Below the pieces are notes generated by a model that worked only from the letters and a program-made list of their open reading frames with translations, was not told the origin of the DNA and ran no database searches. A stretch of 57,029 nt of DNA from a virus. Positions 15,727 through 22,828 of this stretch are shown piece by piece (position 1 is the first letter of the stretch; every line of letters starts with the position of its first letter). Where the stretch lies: IMG/VR virus record IMGVR_UViG_3300018017_000001; one strand, 5' to 3'. A program made the translations under genes and the position numbers.

Positions 15727-16358
15727 GAACAATTATCTGCGCCAACTCACTGGAATGGCTGCCTGCTCATCGGAATCAGGGTGCGATCATCACAAGCCTT
15801 CCCGATGCGGCAGAACTGAAGCTGAACTTGCAAGATTACAAAGCATGGATTCAGCGGGCGGCCCGCGAATGTCTATTATCCGCCAGCGAGAATTGTCCTG
15901 TTATATTTTTGCAATCTGATCGGAAATGCAGCGGCAAGTGGCTGAGTAAGGTGGTGCTTATTTGCAATCTTGCCGAAGAGATGGGCTGGTTTCTTGTGTG
16001 GCATAAAATCGAATTGCGACGTGGAGTTGGGAAGTGCGATCTGTTTCGTCCCGCTTATCGTCACCTGCTCTGCTTCGGATCGGGAACGGTAACAAGCGGA
16101 ACATCCACACCAGACGTAATTGACGTAAGCCACGCATTCTATGAAATGGGCTGCGGCATCGCCGCTGCCGAAGTGGCTGTCAAGTTTTGCCTGCAATATA
16201 CGAACAAGATTATCGACCCATTTTGCGGCAGAGGCACAATTCCATTTGTTGCGGAGAATCAAGGTGCCGAGGTAATCGGCATTGATATTGACGAAGAATG
16301 TGCCGAAGCATCGAGCACAGCCTCGCCAATCGAACGAGAGTTTAGTTTCAATGATTGA
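15723..16358 (+). CDS. Second methyltransferase-like protein with non-canonical motif IV
   Basis: Start at MRTIICANS (ATGA overlap). N-terminal AIITSLPD stands where beta-class enzymes have (D/S)PPY. C-terminal SAM motif IIDPFCGRGTIPFVAENQGAEVIGIDID. Confidence 0.55.
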   Translation: MRTIICANSLEWLPAHRNQGAIITSLPDAAELKLNLQDYKAWIQRAARECLLSASENCPVIFLQSDRKCSGKWLSKVVLICNLAEEMGWFLVWHKIELRRGVGKCDLFRPAYRHLLCFGSGTVTSGTSTPDVIDVSHAFYEMGCGIAAAEVAVKFCLQYTNKIIDPFCGRGTIPFVAENQGAEVIGIDIDEECAEASSTASPIEREFSFND

Positions 16359-16656
16359 AGTTACCAAAGACGGGCGCACCAAGAGAACCGGCAAGGATTA
16401 CACCGAGTTCCGTCTCGCGCTTTACAAGTTGCAGTCGGCTCGGTGCTTTCAGTGCGGGCGGTGGACGTTCTTGCTGCATCCGATTGAGTGGGATGATTCC
16501 TTCCATGTGGATCATGCGGATGGCCGGGGCATTGGTGGTTCAAAGCGAGATGACACTTTCCGGGCTTGTCACGGACTATGCGGCAAGTGCCATCGAATCA
16601 AACATCACCAGCAGATGCCCGAGACTTCAAAAAAGGACTTGGAGAAGAAACCATGA
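16351..16656 (+). CDS. HNH endonuclease
   Basis: Start at MIEVTKDG. CFQCG...HVDHADGRG...CHGLCGKCHRIKH. Confidence 0.65.
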   Translation: MIEVTKDGRTKRTGKDYTEFRLALYKLQSARCFQCGRWTFLLHPIEWDDSFHVDHADGRGIGGSKRDDTFRACHGLCGKCHRIKHHQQMPETSKKDLEKKP

Positions 16657-16808
16657 GCAACGAATGGCGCAACACGCGGCAGTGCGGGATGTACGTGAGC
16701 TGGAAGGCTTGCGCGCTCTCGATGTTCTGGGCGCTCGTATGGCTTGCAGTCGGCGGCGGATTCTGGGCATTTGTGATCTGGGCTGGAACGCGGCACTGGA
16801 GGCACTGA
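16653..16808 (+). CDS. Small membrane protein
   Basis: GGAGAAGAAACC precedes the ATG (ATGA overlap). 51 aa with two hydrophobic stretches. Confidence 0.45.
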   Translation: MSNEWRNTRQCGMYVSWKACALSMFWALVWLAVGGGFWAFVIWAGTRHWRH

Positions 16809-16987
16809 TGGTATTCGTTTGCGGAATCACCTGGAACCGTCGAGGCTGCGGAGAGACGTTCGACTCGCTGGCGAAACTGCTGGCGCACATTTGGGAAAAG
16901 CACACGGGGCGAGAACGTAAGGTCCCGAATCATAACTGTGCTCTCGTTGAGAATCTTGTCGTGCAGGCGCACCAGCGCGGACTCTGA
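16808..16987 (+). CDS. Small C2H2-like zinc-finger protein
   Basis: TGATG overlap. MVFVCGITWNRRGCGETFDSLAKLLAHIWEKH (C..C...H....H). This is the last 59 codons of the longer track ORF 16355..16987. Confidence 0.4.
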   Translation: MVFVCGITWNRRGCGETFDSLAKLLAHIWEKHTGRERKVPNHNCALVENLVVQAHQRGL

Positions 16988-17032
16988 AAGGCTTGTCCCG
17001 CAAGCTGTTTCAAAATCTGCTTTACATTTCAC

Positions 17033-17073
17033 AGCAGGTTAGCTTATAAGTATCTCGAAGCGCTTAACCTGCT
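17033..17073. terminator. 9-bp inverted repeat AGCAGGTTA / TAACCTGCT with about 23-nt loop after the early-middle operon
   Basis: Read directly, 46 nt after stop 16987. There is no clear T-tract. Confidence 0.25.
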
Positions 17074-17108
17074 CGTCCTCTCTGAGGATCGAACCTCGAC
17101 GCGACAAC

Positions 17109-17486
17109 ATGCCGCGAGCCGCTCTCTTTTCTCGGAACCAATCTCCTGAAGACAAACCAGCCCACTATCTCTCCCGCAAGTTCATTCCCTTCCTGCTCGC
17201 TCTCAAGATAGACGGCGTCGCTGCTGCCGTAGCGCTCGGCCCGAACAAACTCCAACTGAACACAGACGAGCCCTGGATTCAAACGAAGCGCAGATTCTTG
17301 TTCTCGCAAGCTTGCATAGCGATTAAGGTCGTTCCGAAGCCGGAACTCTGCAGCCCGAACGAATCTCTCGATCTCGCATATCCGGAACCGCTTCGCGTGA
17401 CGGTGCACAATCCCCATCCCGGGTTCCTAGCTGCTTGCCAGAAGGCTCGGGCTGCAAATTTGCAGGCGAAGGGCATGAATGGATGA
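17109..17486 (+). CDS. Uncertain ORF (125 aa); competes with antisense ORF 17064..17417
   Basis: No SD. It ends ..ARAANLQAKGMNG with the palindrome in the same frame (ANLQA) as in genes 14120 and 28104. The two candidates have similar GC3, so I cannot decide between them. Confidence 0.3.
   Translation: MPRAALFSRNQSPEDKPAHYLSRKFIPFLLALKIDGVAAAVALGPNKLQLNTDEPWIQTKRRFLFSQACIAIKVVPKPELCSPNESLDLAYPEPLRVTVHNPHPGFLAACQKARAANLQAKGMNG
17452..17465. promoter_or_regulatory. Perfect palindrome CTGCAAATTTGCAG
   Basis: It is followed by GCGAAGGGCATGA and then ATG 17479. Confidence 0.6.
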
Positions 17487-17877
17487 GCGCAGGCATCATC
17501 ACCACCACCACCATCACCATCTCGCAAGCATCAAAATCGCATTCTGGAGGCATCACCATATGGCAGAAGGACCAATCACTCTACAAGTAGGACAGAAAAC
17601 CGTCGCCAGCGTGGACGGATACGATCAGAACGGGCAACCGTTCCTCGGGCCGATTCCGGCCCCGTCGTGGAGCCTAGACCAACCAACTCTCGATTCGATC
17701 TCGGCCGACGCAGCGGCTCCTGCCGACGAAGACGTGACTTCGCTGGCTGCCGGCGTTGCGAACCTGACGGCAACAGTTCAAGGCCCGACCGGTCCACTGA
17801 CGGACACGGAGACGATCACGAATGTGCAGCCGCAGGTATTGACCTCGGTGAAAATAAACTTCTCAACTCCTCAATGA
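17479..17877 (+). CDS. Ig-like (Big_2-type) domain protein with N-terminal His9 tract
   Basis: 132 aa: MDERRHHHHHHHHHLASIKIAFWRHHHM then AEGPITLQVGQKTVASVDGYDQNG...VTSLAAGVANLTATV (Big_2-like). An alternative start is ATG 17559 (GGAGG SD). Confidence 0.55.
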   Translation: MDERRHHHHHHHHHLASIKIAFWRHHHMAEGPITLQVGQKTVASVDGYDQNGQPFLGPIPAPSWSLDQPTLDSISADAAAPADEDVTSLAAGVANLTATVQGPTGPLTDTETITNVQPQVLTSVKINFSTPQ

Positions 17878-18386
17878 ACGCGGACGAACAACTGAGGCGG
17901 GCGACAATCGTGACGCTGTGCCTGGCGTTATGTGTGTTGCTCGTCTTGCTGTTCACTCTGGCCCAGGCAGCGAGGTGCCAGGTAATTGAGAATCCGCAAC
18001 CGCGCTGCCAGACGGTCTCGATGGATGAGCAAGGAAAGTTGATTTACCAAGACATTCCTTGCAGTCAGGTTCCAAACTGGCGCGTGTTGAAGCTGGTACA
18101 GAGCCGCGTCACGTTCTGGACCATGCGGCCGAATCGAACAAACCGGCAGACGTTTACCAGCCCGTGGTTCTACGGAACTGAGGCCATCGCCTGGGGAACT
18201 GGCATCGCGACATATGAGCGTAGAGTTACGCTGTGGTCGAAAGCTGATGCCTTCATTCCGCTGGCCGCCATGACCGGCTTGCACTATGCGAGCGACCGTT
18301 GGATTGCGAGGTTCATCGGCGTCGCTGGCGCAGCGTCGGTGATCGGTATCAACACCGCAGGAATCGTGTCGAGGCATCCGCGATGA
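17874..18386 (+). CDS. Membrane or secreted hypothetical protein
   Basis: ATGA overlap. N-terminal hydrophobic anchor IVTLCLALCVLLVLLFTLAQA. 170 aa. Confidence 0.5.
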   Translation: MNADEQLRRATIVTLCLALCVLLVLLFTLAQAARCQVIENPQPRCQTVSMDEQGKLIYQDIPCSQVPNWRVLKLVQSRVTFWTMRPNRTNRQTFTSPWFYGTEAIAWGTGIATYERRVTLWSKADAFIPLAAMTGLHYASDRWIARFIGVAGAASVIGINTAGIVSRHPR

Positions 18387-18811
18387 GAGGCAAACCGCGA
18401 GACGGAAGCAAGGGCGGACGTCCGCGCAAGGGAAAGAACAAGATTGACCCTACGGTTGTTCCTGAAGAGCGACAAGTCTTCGAACTGGCGAAGCTGAGCA
18501 TGTCAGGAGAAGAAATAGCTTCGATTCTGGGACTTACACGTGATCGTCTCTACAAAGACGCTAACTTAAATACAGCTTTAAACAAAGGCCACCAGGAATG
18601 CAACGCCAGTCTGCGCAGAAAGCAGTACCAGGTCGCCATGCGCGGCAACGTTACGATGCTCATTTGGCTCGACAAGCAACGCCTCGGCGGCAAAGATAAG
18701 AGCGAGTTCGCCGGCCCGGACGGTGGACCGATTCCTTTGACTCTCGCCGCGAAGAAAGACGCGCTCGAAAGCATTCTTGAGCGCGTAGCTTCAAAGGCTC
18801 CTGCGCAATGA
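18383..18811 (+). CDS. terS: Terminase small subunit
   Basis: 142 aa. GGRPRKG..., HTH EIASILGLTRDRLY, then RGNVTMLIWLDKQRLGGKDK. This is the usual TerS pattern as I recall it. It lies immediately upstream of the TerL ATPase ORF. Confidence 0.7.
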   Translation: MRGKPRDGSKGGRPRKGKNKIDPTVVPEERQVFELAKLSMSGEEIASILGLTRDRLYKDANLNTALNKGHQECNASLRRKQYQVAMRGNVTMLIWLDKQRLGGKDKSEFAGPDGGPIPLTLAAKKDALESILERVASKAPAQ

Positions 18812-19536
18812 GTTGCAGCGTAATCCCAGTCGATCGTATCCGCCAACTGGTTCCGTACATGAGCCAGCGGGAGATCGATGCGGTCTCGCATCTCGTCGAA
18901 GGAATCAAACTCGAAGAGGAGCAAGAGTTACTCTGGAACAAGATGAGCGAGCGCGTGGCTTCTTGGGACGCCGGGCCGCTGCTCTGGCTTACGCACTACA
19001 CGAAGACCGAGGACACGCACTGGCTGACGAAGAACACGGCGTTCTTGGCGCCCTTCCCCAAGAAAGAATACCTCCGCGTCGTGCTCGACTACTTGATCAA
19101 CTCCCGCTCGATCTTCATTCCGAAGTCGCGAGAGATGATGATGTCGTGGCTCGTCTGCTCGTACATCGCGTGGATGTGCCAGTGGTATCCCGTCTTCTGG
19201 GTGGCGCAGACGGGAAAAGAGGACAAGGTCGCGGAGCTGATCGAATACGCCCGCACGCTCTATCGGAACCAGCCTGATTGGATGAAGGCTCGGAACCCGC
19301 TTGTGGTCGACAGCGTCTTAGAGATCGCGTGGAAGAACGGCGGCCGGTTCCTAGGCATTCCGAAGGGCGCAGATCAGATCAGGGTCTATCACTGCTACGG
19401 ATACTTCCAGGACGAGAGCGGCTTCCTGCCCGAAGCGCAGACTTCCTACGATGCTGTAAGGCCCGTCGCTAAGCAGATGGTGTGCGTCTCGACGGATGAG
19501 ATGGGGTGGTTCCACAGCGAGTGCAAACTGGATTAA
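18808..19536 (+). CDS. terL: Terminase large subunit, ATPase half only
   Basis: 242 aa. Walker-A-like IFIPKSREMMMSW, Walker-B-like YGYFQDESGF, coupling-like VCVSTDE. It stops 12 codons after that motif. Confidence 0.65.
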   Translation: MSCSVIPVDRIRQLVPYMSQREIDAVSHLVEGIKLEEEQELLWNKMSERVASWDAGPLLWLTHYTKTEDTHWLTKNTAFLAPFPKKEYLRVVLDYLINSRSIFIPKSREMMMSWLVCSYIAWMCQWYPVFWVAQTGKEDKVAELIEYARTLYRNQPDWMKARNPLVVDSVLEIAWKNGGRFLGIPKGADQIRVYHCYGYFQDESGFLPEAQTSYDAVRPVAKQMVCVSTDEMGWFHSECKLD

Positions 19537-19553
19537 ATGGAGGACTGTACGAT

Positions 19554-20171
19554 ATGAAGACGCTAAAAAGATTCCTTCCGACGATCTTGGGACTGCTCGT
19601 CATCGCTTCAGTAGCGACCTATTCAGTCATGGCCCAATGGGGTACACAAGGCGCCTACTACTCGATGGGCAGCGGCGGCTGGCAACTGAACTGCCCGCCT
19701 TCGTCCTGCTCGATCACGGGTACCGTTGCTAATTTCCCTGGATTGAGCGCGAAGAGCCAGTTAACGGCCAACAGCGCAGGGTCGAGCACGGCTGGCCTGA
19801 TCAACACAGGCATCTCATTCCCCATCGCCGCGAACGAAGTAGGCACGCTGAACTGCACGATCTATTTCACGAATGACAACGGTGGAGGTCTGACGCTGGC
19901 CGTGAACGGGCCAGGTACTCCGACCGAGGTGACGATCAGCGCGGAGATCGAATCCGCTGCCACGACGGGGAACTTGTACGTCAGTCAGGGAACTTCGTGG
20001 GCAACGGCCGTAGGAGCAGCGACGAGCAGCGTGACCGGCGCCCAGTACGCGCAGTTTTCCGGGGGAATCGAGAACGGAACCACTGCCGGGACTCTGGCTG
20101 TGCAATTCTCCGACGTGAACACGACTGGCACGACAACGGTTCTGCGGGACTCTTGGTGCAGCTTCCCATGA
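19554..20171 (+). CDS. Secreted beta-rich protein homologous to fibre C-terminal tip domains
   Basis: GGAGG SD. Signal peptide MKTLKRFLPTILGLLVIASVATYSVMA. The C-terminus ..GTLAVQFSDVNTTGTTTVLRDSWCSFP aligns by eye with ..GTVVSLQVIDPTVGDLLTIYRGAYCTVGPF of gene 50314. Confidence 0.6.
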   Translation: MKTLKRFLPTILGLLVIASVATYSVMAQWGTQGAYYSMGSGGWQLNCPPSSCSITGTVANFPGLSAKSQLTANSAGSSTAGLINTGISFPIAANEVGTLNCTIYFTNDNGGGLTLAVNGPGTPTEVTISAEIESAATTGNLYVSQGTSWATAVGAATSSVTGAQYAQFSGGIENGTTAGTLAVQFSDVNTTGTTTVLRDSWCSFP

Positions 20172-20683
20172 TCGACCGCTGCTTGTTCACTCCGAACGGT
20201 GACGATCCGCCTTGCGCGGTCCCGCTGACTGATTTATGTACGGTTCCGACTCCCGAAATGGCGTATCTCCTAGCCGACCTAGTCATCGGAGGACGAGCAG
20301 GCAGCCAGCTTGATCTGTTGGAGATTGGCACGGGAAGCGGATACGAAGCCGCGATCTTAGCGGAACAGTGCCGCAGCCTGGTGTCGATCGAAGTGAACAT
20401 GCTTCCTGAGACTGCAGCCAAGTTGTCGGAGAACGTGGCACTGATTCACGCGAACGGCTATGAGTTCGACACGCAGGGAGAGTTCGACGGCGTGCTGGTG
20501 ACCTTCGGCTCTCGCTCGATCTCACCCGTGTGGGCGAAGCAGGTGAAAGACGGCGGGCGGTTGGTGGTTCCACTGGTCAACGGGGAAGTCTCGCAGATCA
20601 GAGTTTACGAGCGTCGAGGTGACGTGCTGCATCTGCTGGAGATCGTAGGTTACGCAGAGTTCACGGAAGGAGTTCTAGCATGA
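20168..20683 (+). CDS. Protein-L-isoaspartate O-methyltransferase (PCMT)-like SAM methyltransferase
   Basis: ATGA overlap. LLEIGTGSGYEAAILA, SIEVN, DGVLVTFG, GGRLVVPL match the PCMT motif order as I recall it. Confidence 0.55.
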   Translation: MIDRCLFTPNGDDPPCAVPLTDLCTVPTPEMAYLLADLVIGGRAGSQLDLLEIGTGSGYEAAILAEQCRSLVSIEVNMLPETAAKLSENVALIHANGYEFDTQGEFDGVLVTFGSRSISPVWAKQVKDGGRLVVPLVNGEVSQIRVYERRGDVLHLLEIVGYAEFTEGVLA

Positions 20684-20946
20684 GCGAGAAAGTATCAGAA
20701 ACAATAACCCGCCGTCTTCATATGGCGCCTCGCCCCCAAATCGCGGTAGTTTTACACCTAGAAGGTCGCCAGTTGACCGTCGACTGCGATATTAACGATT
20801 CAATCTTCGAGATGCTTTCGGAGGAGAATGTCGCTAAGTGCAAAAATCAAATTATGGAGGGCATCTCGGTCGCGATAGATAATGCAATCAACAGTAAAGA
20901 TCGCAAGCAAATGTGTCGCCGTGTCGCTACAGTACTTCACTCATGA
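20680..20946 (+). CDS. Hypothetical protein
   Basis: 88-aa ORF with an ATGA overlap. Confidence 0.5.
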   Translation: MSEKVSETITRRLHMAPRPQIAVVLHLEGRQLTVDCDINDSIFEMLSEENVAKCKNQIMEGISVAIDNAINSKDRKQMCRRVATVLHS

Positions 20947-21605
20947 GCTTCGCTGATCCATCGCAGCATCATCATAAGCTGGCTGGCATGAAACGGGCAT
21001 TGGCGTCGAAAGACACTCCGGCGCATCTGAAACCGCATCTCGAAAGGCAAGTCGCACGTCTGGAGGGAACGATGAGAAACGTAAAGGGAGCACGGGTTGG
21101 GCAGCGCGGCAGCACGGGAATGGGAGGCTTGCCTCCGGCGAAAGCGATCGTCCGGGCCGTCGACCAGAACGACCGCCTGAACACGGCGAATCCGTACGAC
21201 GAGGAGTCGTTCACGGACAACAGCAATAACCAGGCGATTCCTGAGCCGGGCAGGGTGAACCCGAACGCGGCTGCTCTGGCGGCAGGCTCGGCAAGCCCGA
21301 ACCAGTATGCTCCCAGCCAGCAGGCTCGCGGGATGCAGCGAACGGAACGTGGGCCGGGAATCCATCCGAACGAGACGGCAGTGCGCAAGCTGCCCAGCGC
21401 TCCGGGGCTGAACCGGACCCTTGGAGCCGTGAGGCGCCCCGACACTTCCCGCCGCGGCCCCGGCTTGCTTCCTCGCGGGCCGAACGTGGCGCGTGCGGGC
21501 CAGCGTGGCGAAGGCATCAAGGCCGGCCTAAGTCCGAGCAAGACGGACCGCTGGCAGAGGAAAGGCAGCGCAAACCCAGCGTTCTACGGTGACTGGGGGC
21601 TGTGA
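20943..21605 (+). CDS. Basic low-complexity protein ending ..ANPAFYGDWGL
   Basis: Start at MSFADPSQ (ATGA overlap). 220 aa, rich in G, P, R, N and A. Confidence 0.5.
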   Translation: MSFADPSQHHHKLAGMKRALASKDTPAHLKPHLERQVARLEGTMRNVKGARVGQRGSTGMGGLPPAKAIVRAVDQNDRLNTANPYDEESFTDNSNNQAIPEPGRVNPNAAALAAGSASPNQYAPSQQARGMQRTERGPGIHPNETAVRKLPSAPGLNRTLGAVRRPDTSRRGPGLLPRGPNVARAGQRGEGIKAGLSPSKTDRWQRKGSANPAFYGDWGL

Positions 21606-21618
21606 TGTGTCGCGGCGC

Positions 21619-21795
21619 ATGTGCTCGGAGTGCGGCAAGCGTCCTGCTCAGGTCGGTGACGGTAACTGGCGCAGGAAGATGCCGGGCAAGGTGGCGAAGC
21701 AGCACGATCTGTGCCGGCAGTGTTGGCAGAGCGGTAACGATCAACAGCAAGGAGCGGAGGTGAAACATGGCGGAACTGACAGCGGGAGGTCATAA
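21619..21795 (+). CDS. Small zinc-ribbon protein
   Basis: MCSECGK...CRQCW. The start is uncertain (GTG alternatives upstream). It converges on the HNH gene with a 6-nt overlap. Confidence 0.35.
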   Translation: MCSECGKRPAQVGDGNWRRKMPGKVAKQHDLCRQCWQSGNDQQQGAEVKHGGTDSGRS

Positions 21796-22197
21796 GCTGG
21801 CTTTAGACTTACGCCAGAGCGCTGCTCTACTTATACCGGTGAACAATCCCTTATTCCACGCTGGACGAGGGTGAGCGTGCCGATGACAAAGAACGCAAAG
21901 AGTCTGCAGATTGGAAGGATCGTTATTCTTTCGATTCTTGTCTTTGTGGTGAACGTGCAATTTAGTCGTAGCTCCGCATTGTTCGCAGGCGGATTTTTTG
22001 TGCTTTCGGCAACTCGCTTCTCCTCCGTTCCAGTTAGGGTTATCCTGACCATACCGATGCAGTCCCGGCCTACCGACGTATGCAATAGCTTTCCATTCAG
22101 ACGAACACTTCCTAGAACAAAATACATCCCGGCCTCCAGCCAGTATCGAAGGGAAGGTTTTGAATTCCCGCTTACACCATTTGCAAGTAGTAGTCAT
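21790..22197 (-). CDS. HNH endonuclease, antisense to the surrounding operon
   Basis: CEQCGATTKLHVHHKDKNRKNNDPSNLQTLCVLCHRHAH. ATG at 22197 (MTTTCKWCK). It is the only clear minus-strand gene within the rightward (plus-strand) block 5790..55568. Confidence 0.75.
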   Translation of the reverse strand: MTTTCKWCKREFKTFPSILAGGRDVFCSRKCSSEWKAIAYVGRPGLHRYGQDNPNWNGGEASCRKHKKSACEQCGATTKLHVHHKDKNRKNNDPSNLQTLCVLCHRHAHPRPAWNKGLFTGISRAALWRKSKASL

Positions 22198-22207
22198 AAC
22201 GAGCAAT

Positions 22208-22236
22208 ACTGTATCACAAATGGGGAACTATGGCAA
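22208..22236 (-). promoter_or_regulatory. Candidate promoter for the antisense HNH gene (TTGCCA-N17-TACAGT)
   Basis: Read on the minus strand. The -35 overlaps the ATG of gene 22230. Confidence 0.35.
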
Positions 22237-22448
22237 AGCTAACAACAGAAGCAAGAAACAGACTCCCGGCGAAGGATTTTGCTGGCGCAGATCGGTCTTA
22301 TCCAATTCCCAACGCTTCGCATGCTAGAAATGCTCTGGCGCGCGTGAGTCAGCACGGAACACCTGCGGAGAAGTCACGCGTTCGCTCTGCCGTCCACAAG
22401 AAGTTCCCTGGAATAGGGAAGAACAAAGCCTTCTACGGCGGGGAGTAA
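22230..22448 (+). CDS. Small conserved phage protein ending ..KNKAFYGGE
   Basis: 72 aa. ..LPAKDFAGADRSYPIPNASHARNALARVSQHG.. resembles a widespread small DUF family. I am not sure of its name. Confidence 0.55.
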   Translation: MAKLTTEARNRLPAKDFAGADRSYPIPNASHARNALARVSQHGTPAEKSRVRSAVHKKFPGIGKNKAFYGGE

Positions 22449-22451
22449 GTT

Positions 22452-22628
22452 ATGCCTTGGAACCAAGTCATGTCGAAGTGGAAATCAGGCAGCCTGAAAT
22501 CTGGAGGTTCCGGTAAGCCGGTGAAGTCTCAGAAGCAGGCTGTGGCGATCATGCTCTCAGAAAAGCGCGCCGCTGGTTCCAAGCCGGAATACAGAGCATC
22601 GAAAAACAAAGCATTCTACGGAGGATGA
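22452..22628 (+). CDS. Small protein ending ..KNKAFYGG
   Basis: 58-aa ORF below the track cutoff, translated by hand. ..GSGKPVKSQKQAVAIMLSEKRAAG.. resembles another small DUF family. GGGGAG SD. Confidence 0.5.
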   Translation: MPWNQVMSKWKSGSLKSGGSGKPVKSQKQAVAIMLSEKRAAGSKPEYRASKNKAFYGG

Positions 22629-22630
22629 AC

Positions 22631-22828
22631 ATGGCGAAGTTGTCTGAGATCAAAGCGAAAGTCGAAGCGCTGCACGAAACGGATTACCAGGGTGCAGAGT
22701 TCACGATTCAGGGCAAGCATGTGAAGTCTGTGCTGCTCGACATCGTGAGTTACCTCGAATCCATCGACGGGACAGTTTCTCGGCGCGTGCCGCTCAGCGA
22801 AGTTTCCGAAGTATTCAACGATGTCTAG
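22631..22828 (+). CDS. Hypothetical small protein
   Basis: GGAGGA lies 5 nt before ATG 22631. 65 aa. Confidence 0.5.
   Translation: MAKLSEIKAKVEALHETDYQGAEFTIQGKHVKSVLLDIVSYLESIDGTVSRRVPLSEVSEVFNDV

Noticed and set aside
16355-16987. 210-aa track ORF overlapping the HNH and small membrane genes.
   Set aside because: Most of it runs out of frame over two better-supported coupled genes. Only its last 59 codons (16808..16987), which have a TGATG-coupled start, are kept as a gene.
17084-17097. tRNA T-arm-like sequence (minus strand GAGGTTCGATCCTC), which could hint at a tRNA gene or an attP tRNA fragment. There is also TTCGAATCC at 2824..2832.
   Set aside because: The stem and loop geometry is non-canonical (4-bp stem, 6-nt loop). 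No acceptor, D or anticodon arms can be drawn. No integrase is encoded. The second site lies inside a CDS without flanking complementarity.
17064-17417. 117-aa minus-strand ORF between the early-middle operon and the Ig-like gene, possibly a lone antisense regulator.
   Set aside because: Not called. It is very Arg-rich, has only a weak SD, and competes with a plus-strand ORF (17109..17486) of similar GC3. The sequence alone cannot decide which, if either, is real.
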